DNA of 52,058 nt from NCBI GenBank assembly GCA_021852265.1, contig JAJZNV010000008.1, forward strand, positions 1-52,058. The letters are read 5' to 3'. Shown in pieces: positions 7,190-16,784 of this stretch. The position numbers and the translations under genes were made by a program. The DNA is from Nanobdellota archaeon. Its GTDB lineage: Archaea > Nanobdellota > Nanobdellia > Parvarchaeales > Parvarchaeaceae. A model generated the notes under the pieces. The model was not told the origin of the DNA. It saw only the letters and a program-made list of their open reading frames with translations, and did not search any database. Numbering within the stretch: the first letter of the stretch is position 1; each line of letters starts with the position of its first letter.

Positions 7190-9775
7190 TTAATCGGCAG
7201 GTGTACTGGTTTTCTGGGGCTGCGGCCCTACTCTAAGCATATATCCTGAAACCTTATTGTAAGTCCCTGGTTTATAATGTGGATTAGCTTCTAGATAGGT
7301 ATAAACCCCCGAATTGAAGTACAACTCGATATCTTGGACGTTTGAGGATTTTACCCTGTTTTTAAAATCGGTTGCCTTTCCTTCGGTTACGCTGTCATTT
7401 ACAAAGATATAGTCGAAATCGTTCTCCTTCGAATAGTTTCGAATCGCATTCATCATCGTATCTATCCATTTTGTCCTGCCAATAGTTACAACCTGCTTCC
7501 CGGCTTCTACGGAGTCTATAAGCAATACTTTTTTACCAGAGGGATCTTTGGTCTTATAACATATCGCAGTTGCCGTCTTAAGCTTCTCATCGTTGAAGTA
7601 CATGTCTATTAATTCTATGTCTTGATTTTGCATGTAATCTATAACATCACCTTCTTTCCCAGCCCTGAGGCCGTACGGATAAAATATGCACGCCTGTGTT
7701 TTTTCATTGTCAAAGATATCTTCAATGCCTCTTCTCCAGGTTCTCACCTGTATTTTGCTTATTAGCTGATATTCTGTAGGATTGTTCTTTAGGTCATCCC
7801 AGATCCTCATCAGATCGGAGGTAGTTGAATTTCCGCCGTGATACAGTTCATCCTTTATACTATTGAGAACGCGTTCACAAGTCGTGACGTCACCGTTTTT
7901 AATAAGCTCTATATCCTGTAAAAATATCTCTTTGAAAACTTTCCCACCATTGATTAATTGTCTCGCGCGATCGATAAATTCTTTGCCGAAAAGACTATAA
8001 GCAGTATTTAAGTTCTCTTTATTTCTAGTGACTAACCCTATGTCAAGAATGGAAAGCATTTGTCCATACGTAAGACATGAGCCAGTTATCATGCTGGAGT
8101 TCTTAGAATAGAGCACGGCCGGCTCCGATTCCGTTACAGCTTTTAATCTGTTAAGGCGTTCAGTATTAAGCCGGCCGTCAAAAATGGCATTTAAGAAATG
8201 ACTAAATATTTCCTCGTCAAGCTTTTCAAGCATTGGTGAGTATACTCCTTTCTTTAGGAGCATCTTTTCTAAATCTTGTTTTTTTATTTTTCTGGCTAAT
8301 AATTCAACCCAGTCTCTTGAGAAGGTACGCCCTCCTTCTAAACGCCGGAATATTGTCTCATATAGTGCCGCCTCCTCAAACTCTGGTTCTATTCCAGACG
8401 CTTTAGAAAGAGCGATGATTTTATCAAAATCGTTATTGTTAAAATAGCGAGTGTATTCTATCTGTACATCGGATACTCTGGGTTTTAAACCGGTTACTTC
8501 AATAAGTTTTTTAATGCTATCATTGTCCTCACGGTGTAATTCTCTCAAGAATGCATTCTTGACGACGTCAGAATTGAATTCGGGTGGAACCCCCGTAGCC
8601 TCTTTAAGACTTTTTAACTCAGTTATCCACCCTTGCGACAGATAGAAAGAATACTCTTTTTGTATGATACTACTATCGAATGTGGGAGTTATACCTGTAG
8701 TTTTTACAATGCGCCCCAGTACTGTTAGGTTATTGGAAAGCCTTGACTCAAAGAGGTGAGCGTAAATTTTTTGTAGTCCGTCCTTATCGACATATTTTGG
8801 CCCGAAGACTTCTAAATATTCTTCCAGTTTGGAAAGATTCTGATTTGATTTAACTGCCCCGTCAATAAGTTTGCTGGTAAATTTTCTCATGTCATCAAAG
8901 TCCATCGCGGGGTCAATTCCAGTAATTCTCTTCACTTCTTTCATGTCATAAAAATTCTCTCTTTTGAATAACTTATCGTAGTGCTTCTTAATGATAGATT
9001 TGTCTGGGTATATTCCGGTGATTTTTATTAACCTCGAAAGCGTATCGAATTGATAAAACCGGCCATTCTCGCCGTTGAAAAAATTAAGATACACTTCTTC
9101 TACATCATCGACTTTGAATACTGGCTTTACTTTCCATCTTGCAGATAGGGCCTCTATCGTCTCTGCTTGCTGTTTAAGTAGACGATAATGATAAACCCGC
9201 TGAGCGTCTTCATCACGTGGAGGAATATTTATACTGCTGTAGGAAAGAAATAAATCTACCTTCTCTATATCTTCGGCACTCATCGTTGAGTAAGCTGCTT
9301 CTACCCCCTCTGCTAACAACTTATATTCGTTGCTGGTGAGATTCGATAGCCATTCATGTGGGAGGATAGCTTCTTTTATGAGCGCCGTTAAGTCTCCGAA
9401 TGCCCGTCTTTTTACAAGATCCAATGCAACTCTTTTTGCAAACTTAGACGGCAGTTGCGCAATATAAGGTGTTGCATAACCTACCAAAGATACCTCTAAA
9501 AATAGATCCATGCGCTCCCTTTCATATGCTTCCTCGAAAGCCTCATATACTTCGTCCATATGCCCCCGGTATCTAAAACGAAACGCCTCGAAAGTCTCAA
9601 ATAGTTTGTCCATGTGCCCCGGGTATCTAAAACGAAAAGAATAGAAAAGTTGTGACTGGAGACCAGCGCATCTTTTAAAGGTATCGAAATTTTCCTGCAA
9701 ACTTACATTTTTTGAGTAGGAGTACCCACAATGAGACAGTACTTCTTCTAATTCACTTAATAACTTAGATCCCAT
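7190..9775 (-). CDS. Large orphan protein (861 aa) with helical repeats and an alpha/beta C-terminal domain
   Basis: Uninterrupted 861-aa ORF; recurring (T/S)GxxP motif; no family recognised. Confidence 0.8.
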   Translation of the reverse strand: MGSKLLSELEEVLSHCGYSYSKNVSLQENFDTFKRCAGLQSQLFYSFRFRYPGHMDKLFETFEAFRFRYRGHMDEVYEAFEEAYERERMDLFLEVSLVGYATPYIAQLPSKFAKRVALDLVKRRAFGDLTALIKEAILPHEWLSNLTSNEYKLLAEGVEAAYSTMSAEDIEKVDLFLSYSSINIPPRDEDAQRVYHYRLLKQQAETIEALSARWKVKPVFKVDDVEEVYLNFFNGENGRFYQFDTLSRLIKITGIYPDKSIIKKHYDKLFKRENFYDMKEVKRITGIDPAMDFDDMRKFTSKLIDGAVKSNQNLSKLEEYLEVFGPKYVDKDGLQKIYAHLFESRLSNNLTVLGRIVKTTGITPTFDSSIIQKEYSFYLSQGWITELKSLKEATGVPPEFNSDVVKNAFLRELHREDNDSIKKLIEVTGLKPRVSDVQIEYTRYFNNNDFDKIIALSKASGIEPEFEEAALYETIFRRLEGGRTFSRDWVELLARKIKKQDLEKMLLKKGVYSPMLEKLDEEIFSHFLNAIFDGRLNTERLNRLKAVTESEPAVLYSKNSSMITGSCLTYGQMLSILDIGLVTRNKENLNTAYSLFGKEFIDRARQLINGGKVFKEIFLQDIELIKNGDVTTCERVLNSIKDELYHGGNSTTSDLMRIWDDLKNNPTEYQLISKIQVRTWRRGIEDIFDNEKTQACIFYPYGLRAGKEGDVIDYMQNQDIELIDMYFNDEKLKTATAICYKTKDPSGKKVLLIDSVEAGKQVVTIGRTKWIDTMMNAIRNYSKENDFDYIFVNDSVTEGKATDFKNRVKSSNVQDIELYFNSGVYTYLEANPHYKPGTYNKVSGYMLRVGPQPQKTSTPAD
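9532..9637. repeat. 54-bp-period tandem duplication inside the 861-aa ORF
   Basis: 9532-9583 versus 9586-9637 match at 46 of 52 nt; encodes FRFRYPGHMDKLFETFEA / FRFRYRGHMDEVYEAFEE. Confidence 0.92.
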
Positions 9776-9954
9776 TTTTTATTACTTTTATAGAAGAGTT
9801 TTAGTATTAATCAATTAATCTGCATTTTTTCACTAGATTTTGCTGGTGAAGATAAACGCTATCCATGAAATCTGAGCCATATCAAATTATAAATAAAAAA
9901 GACCGATTTTGATGACGTCGCTTGTGCAAACTTTAAATAGCAAATCTGTATGAG

Positions 9955-10209
9955 ATGATTATGACGGCAATGGGTGCATTGATTTTTGTAAGTGTCATTG
10001 AAGGCACATCCCCGGTTACAGTCGCAAGAACTTTAGTTGATAAAGAAGGAGTTGAGGAGGTAATGCTGATAAGTGGCGAATGGGACTTAGTTGTAAGATT
10101 TGCTTATGACAGAATGGATGAACTTTCTGATTTTGTAGTATCTCAGCTAAGAAAAATAAACGGTGTCGGAAAAACTGACACTACCATAATATTGGATAAG
10201 TTAAAATAA
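9955..10209 (+). CDS. Stand-alone Lrp/AsnC ligand-binding (RAM) domain protein
   Basis: EEVMLISGEWDLVV and LRKINGVGKTDT patterns; 84 aa, no HTH. Confidence 0.85.
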   Translation: MIMTAMGALIFVSVIEGTSPVTVARTLVDKEGVEEVMLISGEWDLVVRFAYDRMDELSDFVVSQLRKINGVGKTDTTIILDKLK

Positions 10210-10213
10210 GCTT

Positions 10214-10221
10214 TTTAAATA
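10214..10221 (+). promoter_or_regulatory. TATA box (TTTAAATA) of radA
   Basis: Ends 28 nt before the radA ATG; the same octamer precedes other starts (9932, 19795 minus, 23358 minus). Confidence 0.6.
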
Positions 10222-10248
10222 GACGTTGTAAGATATTAGCATACAACT

Positions 10249-11283
10249 ATGGCAAAAAAGGATACCGAGCAAAATGATTCTACTGAAGAAGTAAAAAATA
10301 CGCCTGAGTTTGCAGATGAATACGTTGATATAAAAGACCTGCCGGGAGTTGGAGCAACTATCGCATCAAAACTTAAAGGCGCAGGTTATCAGGATGTTAT
10401 AGCGCTTGCAACTGCGAACCCGATGGTTGTGTCAGAGGTCTGTGAAATCGGTGAACCTACTGCAAGAAAAATAATTTCCGAAGCAAGAGAAGCTGCAAAG
10501 ATGAACTTTCTTTCCGGTCTGGAATTTGAAGATAAAAGAAAGCAGGTTCAAAGAATATCAACTGGCAGTCAAGCATTCGACATACTGCTAGGAGGCGGCG
10601 TGGAAACGCAGTCGATAACTGAATGTTATGGTGAGTTCGGTTCAGGAAAAAGTCAGCTTGCATTTCAATTGGCGGTAAATGTCCAATTGCCAAAAGAGAA
10701 GGGTGGTTTGGATGGACATGCAATATGGATTGATACAGAAGGTACTTTTAGACCTGCTCGAATAGAGCAGTTAGCATCTGTAAAAGGGTTGGATCCAAAA
10801 GAGGTTCTAAACAACATAAAGATTGGACGTGCATACTCCTCTGATCACCAGATACTCCTTGTCGATAAAGTACCCGAGCTTGTGAACAAAGATCCAAAAA
10901 TAAAACTTATTGTTGTTGATAGCATGATGGCATTATTCAGAGCAGAATACGTAGGTAGAGGAACTTTAGCAGACAGACAACAGAAGATAAATGTTATCCT
11001 TCACAATTTACAGAGGCTCGCAGACAGATATAATCTTGCAGTGTATATGACTAACCAAGTCATGGCCCGGCCGGATATGATGTTTGGAGACCCTACTGCT
11101 CCAGTAGGGGGACACATAATAGGGCATGTAGCAACCTATAGAATTTATCTACGAAAAGGGAAGAAGGGACTAAGAGTAGCTAAACTTGTAGACTCTCCAA
11201 GTCTCCCTGAAGGAGAAGTTACTTTCCAAATAGGTACTGACGGTATAACTGATGCCGAAGAAGAAGGCAAAAAATCAAAATGA
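10249..11283 (+). CDS. radA: DNA repair and recombination protein RadA
   Basis: N-terminal HhH domain, GEFGSGKS Walker A, YVGRGTLADRQQK, LRKGK; no intein. Confidence 0.97.
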   Translation: MAKKDTEQNDSTEEVKNTPEFADEYVDIKDLPGVGATIASKLKGAGYQDVIALATANPMVVSEVCEIGEPTARKIISEAREAAKMNFLSGLEFEDKRKQVQRISTGSQAFDILLGGGVETQSITECYGEFGSGKSQLAFQLAVNVQLPKEKGGLDGHAIWIDTEGTFRPARIEQLASVKGLDPKEVLNNIKIGRAYSSDHQILLVDKVPELVNKDPKIKLIVVDSMMALFRAEYVGRGTLADRQQKINVILHNLQRLADRYNLAVYMTNQVMARPDMMFGDPTAPVGGHIIGHVATYRIYLRKGKKGLRVAKLVDSPSLPEGEVTFQIGTDGITDAEEEGKKSK

Positions 11284-12329
11284 GTGTCGACAAAAGTGAA
11301 TTAGATTCTATTTTCTCACTACTTGATAAAGTAAAGGATCCGGAGATAGGCATTAGTATAACTAAGCTAGGGATGGTTGGTGCAATAGAAAAAGAAGGCA
11401 ATATTATCAAAATAAGAATAAAATTAACGGTACCAGGTTGCCCTCTTTCTAGCACTATAGAGAAGGATATTAAAGTAATTCTCGGTTCGGCAGGATATCA
11501 AAATGTAGAATTGGAATTTAGTTATATGACTAGAGATGAACTAGAAAATATTAAAAAATCTATCCGCGGTGAAAACAAACAACTTCCACCACCAATTGCA
11601 AAGTACGATAAAAAGAAGATTAAAAATATAATTGCAGTGTATTCTGCGAAGGGTGGCGTTGGGAAAAGCAGTGTCGTCTCTCTACTTGCGCTTGCGGCAG
11701 AGAACTTTGGTTATAAAACCGGCGTACTTGATTGTGACGTTTCAGGTCCATCTATTCAGACTATACTCGGCACAAGTCACATGGCAGCTGTCGGAGAAAA
11801 CAATAAAATAACTCCTTTAGTATACGAGGGGATAAAAATAATATCAGTCGATATGCTTACGAATGCTGAAGCACTAATATGGAGAGGCCCATTAGTTTCA
11901 AGTGCAATAAAACAGATGTATGATGACGCGGACTGGGGGGATTTGGATGTCTTATTTCTAGATTTACCGCCCGGTACGAGCGATGGCCCCATAACCGTAT
12001 TCCAATCGATACCAGTAGATGCAATCCTGCTTGTTACAACGCCGCAATTACTTTCACAGACTGTAGGGAAAAAAACGATGTTAATGGCAGAAACACTCAA
12101 AGTACCTATAATAGGTATAATTGAAAACATGAGCTATATCATTTGTGAACATTGCGGTGGAAAAATGGAAATAGATAAAAAACAAGAAATTATAAAAGGA
12201 GTGCCTGTCCTTGCACGCCTACCATTCAAAAAAGAATGGGCGACGAACCTAAGAAAAAACGTAAACGGCGACACTATTTCAGAATTAAAAGGCGCAATAA
12301 ACGTATCGATTTCAAAAGTTATGCTTTAG
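11280..12329 (+). CDS. Mrp/ApbC/NBP35 Fe-S carrier ATPase with N-terminal DUF59 domain
   Basis: DPEIGISI...LTVPGCPL DUF59; KGGVGKS; DLPPGT; ENMS; CEHC. Confidence 0.93.
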   Translation: MSVDKSELDSIFSLLDKVKDPEIGISITKLGMVGAIEKEGNIIKIRIKLTVPGCPLSSTIEKDIKVILGSAGYQNVELEFSYMTRDELENIKKSIRGENKQLPPPIAKYDKKKIKNIIAVYSAKGGVGKSSVVSLLALAAENFGYKTGVLDCDVSGPSIQTILGTSHMAAVGENNKITPLVYEGIKIISVDMLTNAEALIWRGPLVSSAIKQMYDDADWGDLDVLFLDLPPGTSDGPITVFQSIPVDAILLVTTPQLLSQTVGKKTMLMAETLKVPIIGIIENMSYIICEHCGGKMEIDKKQEIIKGVPVLARLPFKKEWATNLRKNVNGDTISELKGAINVSISKVML

Positions 12330-12429
12330 GGACATCAGACGCATTCGCTCTGTCTTAATATAACAGCTAACTTGGGTACCTGATAAGTATAAGTACGATA
12401 TCTCATGTTTTCTGCTCGTTCGTAGCAGT

Positions 12430-13938
12430 ATGAACAATCACTATTTAAATATTGGAGACAATTTTTATATCTGTACTGTATCTATGCAAAAGGATAAAAA
12501 TGAAAAGTGGTCTATAGCATCAGACATAAAAATGCTGATAAAGTCACAGGAGATAAAAAGAGTCCCTTCATACGCAAATACCTTTTTCTATTCACTTGGC
12601 TTCTACATAATTCTATGTTTTTTAATTTTAGTAGTAACCGGCATCACGATGGTTTTCTTTGGTATAAATTGGTGGAACCTTAACCCTACGGGAGTATTTA
12701 TACGCAGTATACACCTCTGGGCTGCCAGTGCTTTCGCAATATTTCTATTTTTACACCTATTTACAGTATTTGCCACATCTGGTTTCCGAGACACGAAAAA
12801 ACTAGTCTGGGTGCTCGGATCCATAATGTTAATGCTTGTTATATTCCAGATGGCATTTGGATTGGGAATAAGAGGGGATCTTCTCTCACAATTCAATGAC
12901 TTGTCCGCCGCAGATCTATGGAATGGACTTTTACTGGGAAACTTAATAAATCCTTTAAATATGGGTGCTGTTTTTGCGTGGCACACTGCAATAGTACCAT
13001 TATTATTGGTCTTCTTAATTTTTGTCCATTACTCCTTGGTTCGGGCAAAGGGGATATCTAAGCCGTATCGAAAAGAGGTAATTTACAAAATGATTGACTT
13101 TGATCATAAAAAGATGTTTATACGTGCGGGCGCTATTGTTGTAATAATAATTGCGTTTGCGATAATCTGGCGGGCACCGTATATTACTCCAGTTACAATA
13201 CAGCAGGTAGCCCAATCTGACCCAAACATGATTGCTAGTACACTTGTACAGGAGTTTAACCATTCCTCAGGTACCGCAACTTATTCTCCGGATTTGATAT
13301 CCGTTGATCCATACACGTTTAATACACGGCAAGTTTATGTTTTGACCCCTTTTGAGCAGTCGCTGGAGAGCAACCCGAGCATTACGAATTTTACTGCTAT
13401 ATTTGATTCCGAGAATTCTACCCTGCAATCTAACAACATAAACTCTGCATATGTGTATTTCGCAAACAATGGAACTATAAATGCATCTAATAAGACTCAA
13501 AATCCTCTGATAGGTTTGTTCAGTCAGCTTACAATCATGGCCAAAAGTGGTCTTTATGAATCATCACTAATGCTGCAATCTTCAAGTCCAATGGACCAAA
13601 CATATGAATTGAGATTTTTGGCGGATAGTGGTGCAATGAATGCAGCCGCTACCGCAGCAGGAATCGAATTAAATCAGTGGGGAATGCTTAAAGATACTAA
13701 TGGCTTGTGGCCAGTAGGACCATGGTGGACTTTCCCATACAACTTCGCTGACCTAACTATATTTAATAATGATCCCAACCAGGATTTTGATACGGGGCTA
13801 TTAGCACTAATGCTAGTGATACTCTTTATTTCATTTCCATTTATACCTGGACTCAACAAATTACCGGATAAACTTGGACTATATAAATTATACTGGGGAA
13901 AATATATCAAAAAGGCGCGCGGACGGAGCAGAAAATAA
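12430..13938 (+). CDS. Cytochrome b (b6-like N-terminal domain) fused to a long uncharacterised membrane/extracellular domain; start codon uncertain
   Basis: Four heme-ligand His in RSIHLWAASAFAIFLFLHL and WHTAIVPLLLVFLIFVHY; about 290 extra C-terminal residues. Confidence 0.8.
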   Translation: MNNHYLNIGDNFYICTVSMQKDKNEKWSIASDIKMLIKSQEIKRVPSYANTFFYSLGFYIILCFLILVVTGITMVFFGINWWNLNPTGVFIRSIHLWAASAFAIFLFLHLFTVFATSGFRDTKKLVWVLGSIMLMLVIFQMAFGLGIRGDLLSQFNDLSAADLWNGLLLGNLINPLNMGAVFAWHTAIVPLLLVFLIFVHYSLVRAKGISKPYRKEVIYKMIDFDHKKMFIRAGAIVVIIIAFAIIWRAPYITPVTIQQVAQSDPNMIASTLVQEFNHSSGTATYSPDLISVDPYTFNTRQVYVLTPFEQSLESNPSITNFTAIFDSENSTLQSNNINSAYVYFANNGTINASNKTQNPLIGLFSQLTIMAKSGLYESSLMLQSSSPMDQTYELRFLADSGAMNAAATAAGIELNQWGMLKDTNGLWPVGPWWTFPYNFADLTIFNNDPNQDFDTGLLALMLVILFISFPFIPGLNKLPDKLGLYKLYWGKYIKKARGRSRK

Positions 13939-13941
13939 GAT

Positions 13942-14151
13942 ATGCTAAAATTTAAGGCGAAATCCAAACGGGAGGGAATACGAGCATTAACAATTTTGAC
14001 AGTCATTTTTTTGACCCTAGGGGCTTTAATGGTGAGCGTAGCCGTCTATACTGGAAACGGCGATACATTTCTCAGTGCATTTGTAGGTTTACTCATCTCT
14101 GTTCTGCTTTTTATAGATTTATTATACCAAGTACTTGAAATCAAATTTTGA
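13942..14151 (+). CDS. Small two-TM membrane protein
   Basis: Starts 3 nt after the cytochrome b stop; two hydrophobic helices. Confidence 0.65.
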   Translation: MLKFKAKSKREGIRALTILTVIFLTLGALMVSVAVYTGNGDTFLSAFVGLLISVLLFIDLLYQVLEIKF

Positions 14152-14227
14152 TTTAAAATATTTTAGATTTATAAGCGATCAAGCTGTAGGTTATGTTGTT
14201 AAAGTTTATAGTTAAGCACTAATAAAA

Positions 14228-15499
14228 ATGGAAATCTTTAGAGCTTATGACGTACGCGGTTTATATCCATCTGAGCTAGATGAAGAGAAAGCGTTTAGAA
14301 TCGGAAGGTCTTTAGCCACTAAATTAAAGACCAAAAAATTTTTTGTGAACTATGATAATAGACTTGGGAGTATACGCATAAAAAATAGTTTTACAAATGG
14401 ACTAATAAAGAGTGGAGGCATCGTTTATGAACTCGGCCCCGGTCCCGTAATGGTTTCTGCATTTGCTTCATTTTCAGAGAAAGCCTGTGGAATCTGCATA
14501 AGCGCATCTCATAATCCAAAGGATTATACAGGAATTTTGGTGTTTGTGAATGGTGTAACTCTATTCCCGGAAAAGATAAAGAGTGTTTTTGATTCTAAAA
14601 AATTTTCCGATAAATTTGGAAAACCGATTCCATTCATGTACGATGAGAAGTATGTAAATTACATAACGAATGACATCGGTAAGGTTCAACTGAAGGTAGG
14701 TATCGACTCGATGGGAGGCGCTACTACCTTTATAGCCCCGCACATATTCCAAAAAATTGGTGCAAAAACATTTTCATTGAGGTCGGCAGCATCAGAAGAC
14801 TTCTATGGTAAAATACCCGAACCGAGCATTAAAAACGCGAGTACCCTTGGCAAGTTAATAAAAAAAGAACATCTCGCATTCGGAGTGCAATTAGATGCTG
14901 ACGGAGATAGGGCGTTAATAGTTGACGAAAAGGGTAATGCGCTGGACCCCTTAACAACCGCATTAATTCTGATTAAAAATTTAAAATATAAGCAGGTCGT
15001 CGCGACTACTGCTTGTTCCAGTATCTTAGAGCAGTACGCTAATGTAACGTATGTTAAAACTGGTAGGCCGAACGTTGAGATCAAATTAAAAACCGGCAAA
15101 TATGATTTTGGTGTTGAACCGTCTTCACATTTCTATTTTGGAAAATATTTCCCATTTTCGGACGGGATAGTAACGGCGCTGTTAATAGCAAAGATTATTA
15201 CACTACGCAATAAGCCATTAAGTGAGTTAGCAAAGGAATTTCCTAAGATTTATTACAAGGAATCTTCTATAAAGTTAAACAATCAAAAAGAAATAGAGTT
15301 AAGATTAAAAAAGATAGTAACGGTGGCAAAAAAATATGGGAAATTTTCTATGCTTGACGGCGTCAAAATCTCACTTATGGATGGATTTATGTTATTCCGT
15401 GCATCTAATACGGAACCGTTAATAAGAGTATACTATAGTGGGCACGATGCCAAAGCATTTAAACGTATAGGTGCTTTAGTTAAAAATATAATTAGATAA
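14228..15499 (+). CDS. Phosphomannomutase/phosphoglucomutase (alpha-D-phosphohexomutase)
   Basis: FRAYDVRG, SASHNP, DADGDR metal loop, FRASNTEP. Confidence 0.95.
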   Translation: MEIFRAYDVRGLYPSELDEEKAFRIGRSLATKLKTKKFFVNYDNRLGSIRIKNSFTNGLIKSGGIVYELGPGPVMVSAFASFSEKACGICISASHNPKDYTGILVFVNGVTLFPEKIKSVFDSKKFSDKFGKPIPFMYDEKYVNYITNDIGKVQLKVGIDSMGGATTFIAPHIFQKIGAKTFSLRSAASEDFYGKIPEPSIKNASTLGKLIKKEHLAFGVQLDADGDRALIVDEKGNALDPLTTALILIKNLKYKQVVATTACSSILEQYANVTYVKTGRPNVEIKLKTGKYDFGVEPSSHFYFGKYFPFSDGIVTALLIAKIITLRNKPLSELAKEFPKIYYKESSIKLNNQKEIELRLKKIVTVAKKYGKFSMLDGVKISLMDGFMLFRASNTEPLIRVYYSGHDAKAFKRIGALVKNIIR

Positions 15500-16404
15500 T
15501 GGAATCCACAGATTGGTTATTAGACTCTTTAATCGAAAAAACTGGCATGTCGGCTGAGAAGATAACCTCACTTATAGACAAAAAATTATCTGAATTTCCG
15601 GCACTGACACGAGATGCGGCCCTGAGGATGCTAGCGACTGAAAATGGAGTAATGCCGATACGGCGATCTTATCATGTAGGTGATGTATCAGAAGAGATGA
15701 ATCACATAAATCTGAAGGCATCTATTAAAAGAAAATTCGAGCCTAGACAGATTAATATAAAGGGCACTCCTTCAAAGATAATTAACTTATTGTTGGAAGA
15801 TCAAGGCCACACTATTTCGGCAGTGGTGTGGGACTCTAAAAAAGTAGACTACTTGATAGAAAATGCATCTGCAGGAGATGAAATCTCTATTGCCAATGCT
15901 TATTCAAAGAAGAATAAAATAAACGATGGAATTGAGTTACACATCGGAAGCAACAGTGCGATAAAATTAATAAAAACTCCTGATAGCAAGTCTGAAAATA
16001 AACCACTATTCCAAAGAATAGCTGATGTAAAAGATGATACTAAAATCTACAATTTGAGGTGCTTATTGACCCGTATTTTCACGAACAACTTGTTTTTGGT
16101 AAAATGCGATATCTGTAAAAAGAGGGTCGTCGACAAGTGTGAGGAACATGGAGACAAGGCTTTATCAAAAATGCTATTTTTGTCATGTATAGTGGATGAT
16201 GGCCTTTCGAGCATAAAGGCATCCTTTTTTGATAAAACTGCCAAAAAATTACTCGCTATATCAGCGGCGGAATCAATTGACGAAAAATTGAGAGATCTCT
16301 CATTTGGTATGTATGAGTTAGAGTTGGTGGCAGTACCGAATAACTTCAATAACACGGTTTCATTAAATGTTAAAGATGTAAAGCAAGCTGATTATTCTCT
16401 TTAA
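15499..16404 (+). CDS. Replication protein A-like OB-fold protein with zinc finger
   Basis: OB-fold pattern LEDQGHTISAVVWD, ELHIG; CDIC...CEEH zinc finger; C-terminal OB. Confidence 0.8.
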   Translation: MESTDWLLDSLIEKTGMSAEKITSLIDKKLSEFPALTRDAALRMLATENGVMPIRRSYHVGDVSEEMNHINLKASIKRKFEPRQINIKGTPSKIINLLLEDQGHTISAVVWDSKKVDYLIENASAGDEISIANAYSKKNKINDGIELHIGSNSAIKLIKTPDSKSENKPLFQRIADVKDDTKIYNLRCLLTRIFTNNLFLVKCDICKKRVVDKCEEHGDKALSKMLFLSCIVDDGLSSIKASFFDKTAKKLLAISAAESIDEKLRDLSFGMYELELVAVPNNFNNTVSLNVKDVKQADYSL

Positions 16405-16494
16405 TTTACGCTTATTTATTAAATATAAAAAATGTAAATACAAAGCACTCCAATAAGATATTTAATACCTTATTCACCTGCAAAGCGAGACTCT

Positions 16495-16779
16495 TTATAG
16501 CTTTTTTATCGAACCGGTTTTTCCTACACTAACTTGTACTTCATCCCTAAATGACCGTGTATATCCACCAGTCACTTCGATATTGTCTCCAACGGCGACG
16601 AGGCTTATCTGTTTACCCCATAAGGAAAGACTTATAGTGCCGGTGTCATCCTTTACTTTTGCGGTCGCAACCGTAGTATTCCCGAACTTCGTAACTACCT
16701 CTCTTGGCTCGGATATCTCTGTTATTTCTCCTTGGAAATCTACGTTAGACATTCCATCTTTTATTTCACTCACTTTCAT
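16495..16779 (-). CDS. Single OB-fold single-stranded DNA-binding protein
   Basis: VKDDTGTISLSLWG, VGDNIEVTGGY; GGTGA ribosome site upstream. Confidence 0.88.
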   Translation of the reverse strand: MKVSEIKDGMSNVDFQGEITEISEPREVVTKFGNTTVATAKVKDDTGTISLSLWGKQISLVAVGDNIEVTGGYTRSFRDEVQVSVGKTGSIKKL

Positions 16780-16784
16780 TCATA

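Noticed and set aside
9532-9637. CRISPR array
   Set aside because: Only two adjacent copies, in frame within a CDS, with no unique spacers and no cas genes
12330-12429. Short hairpins (CTGCT/AGCAG) before the cytochrome b ORF
   Set aside because: 5-bp stems are within chance expectation, and the true start codon is uncertain
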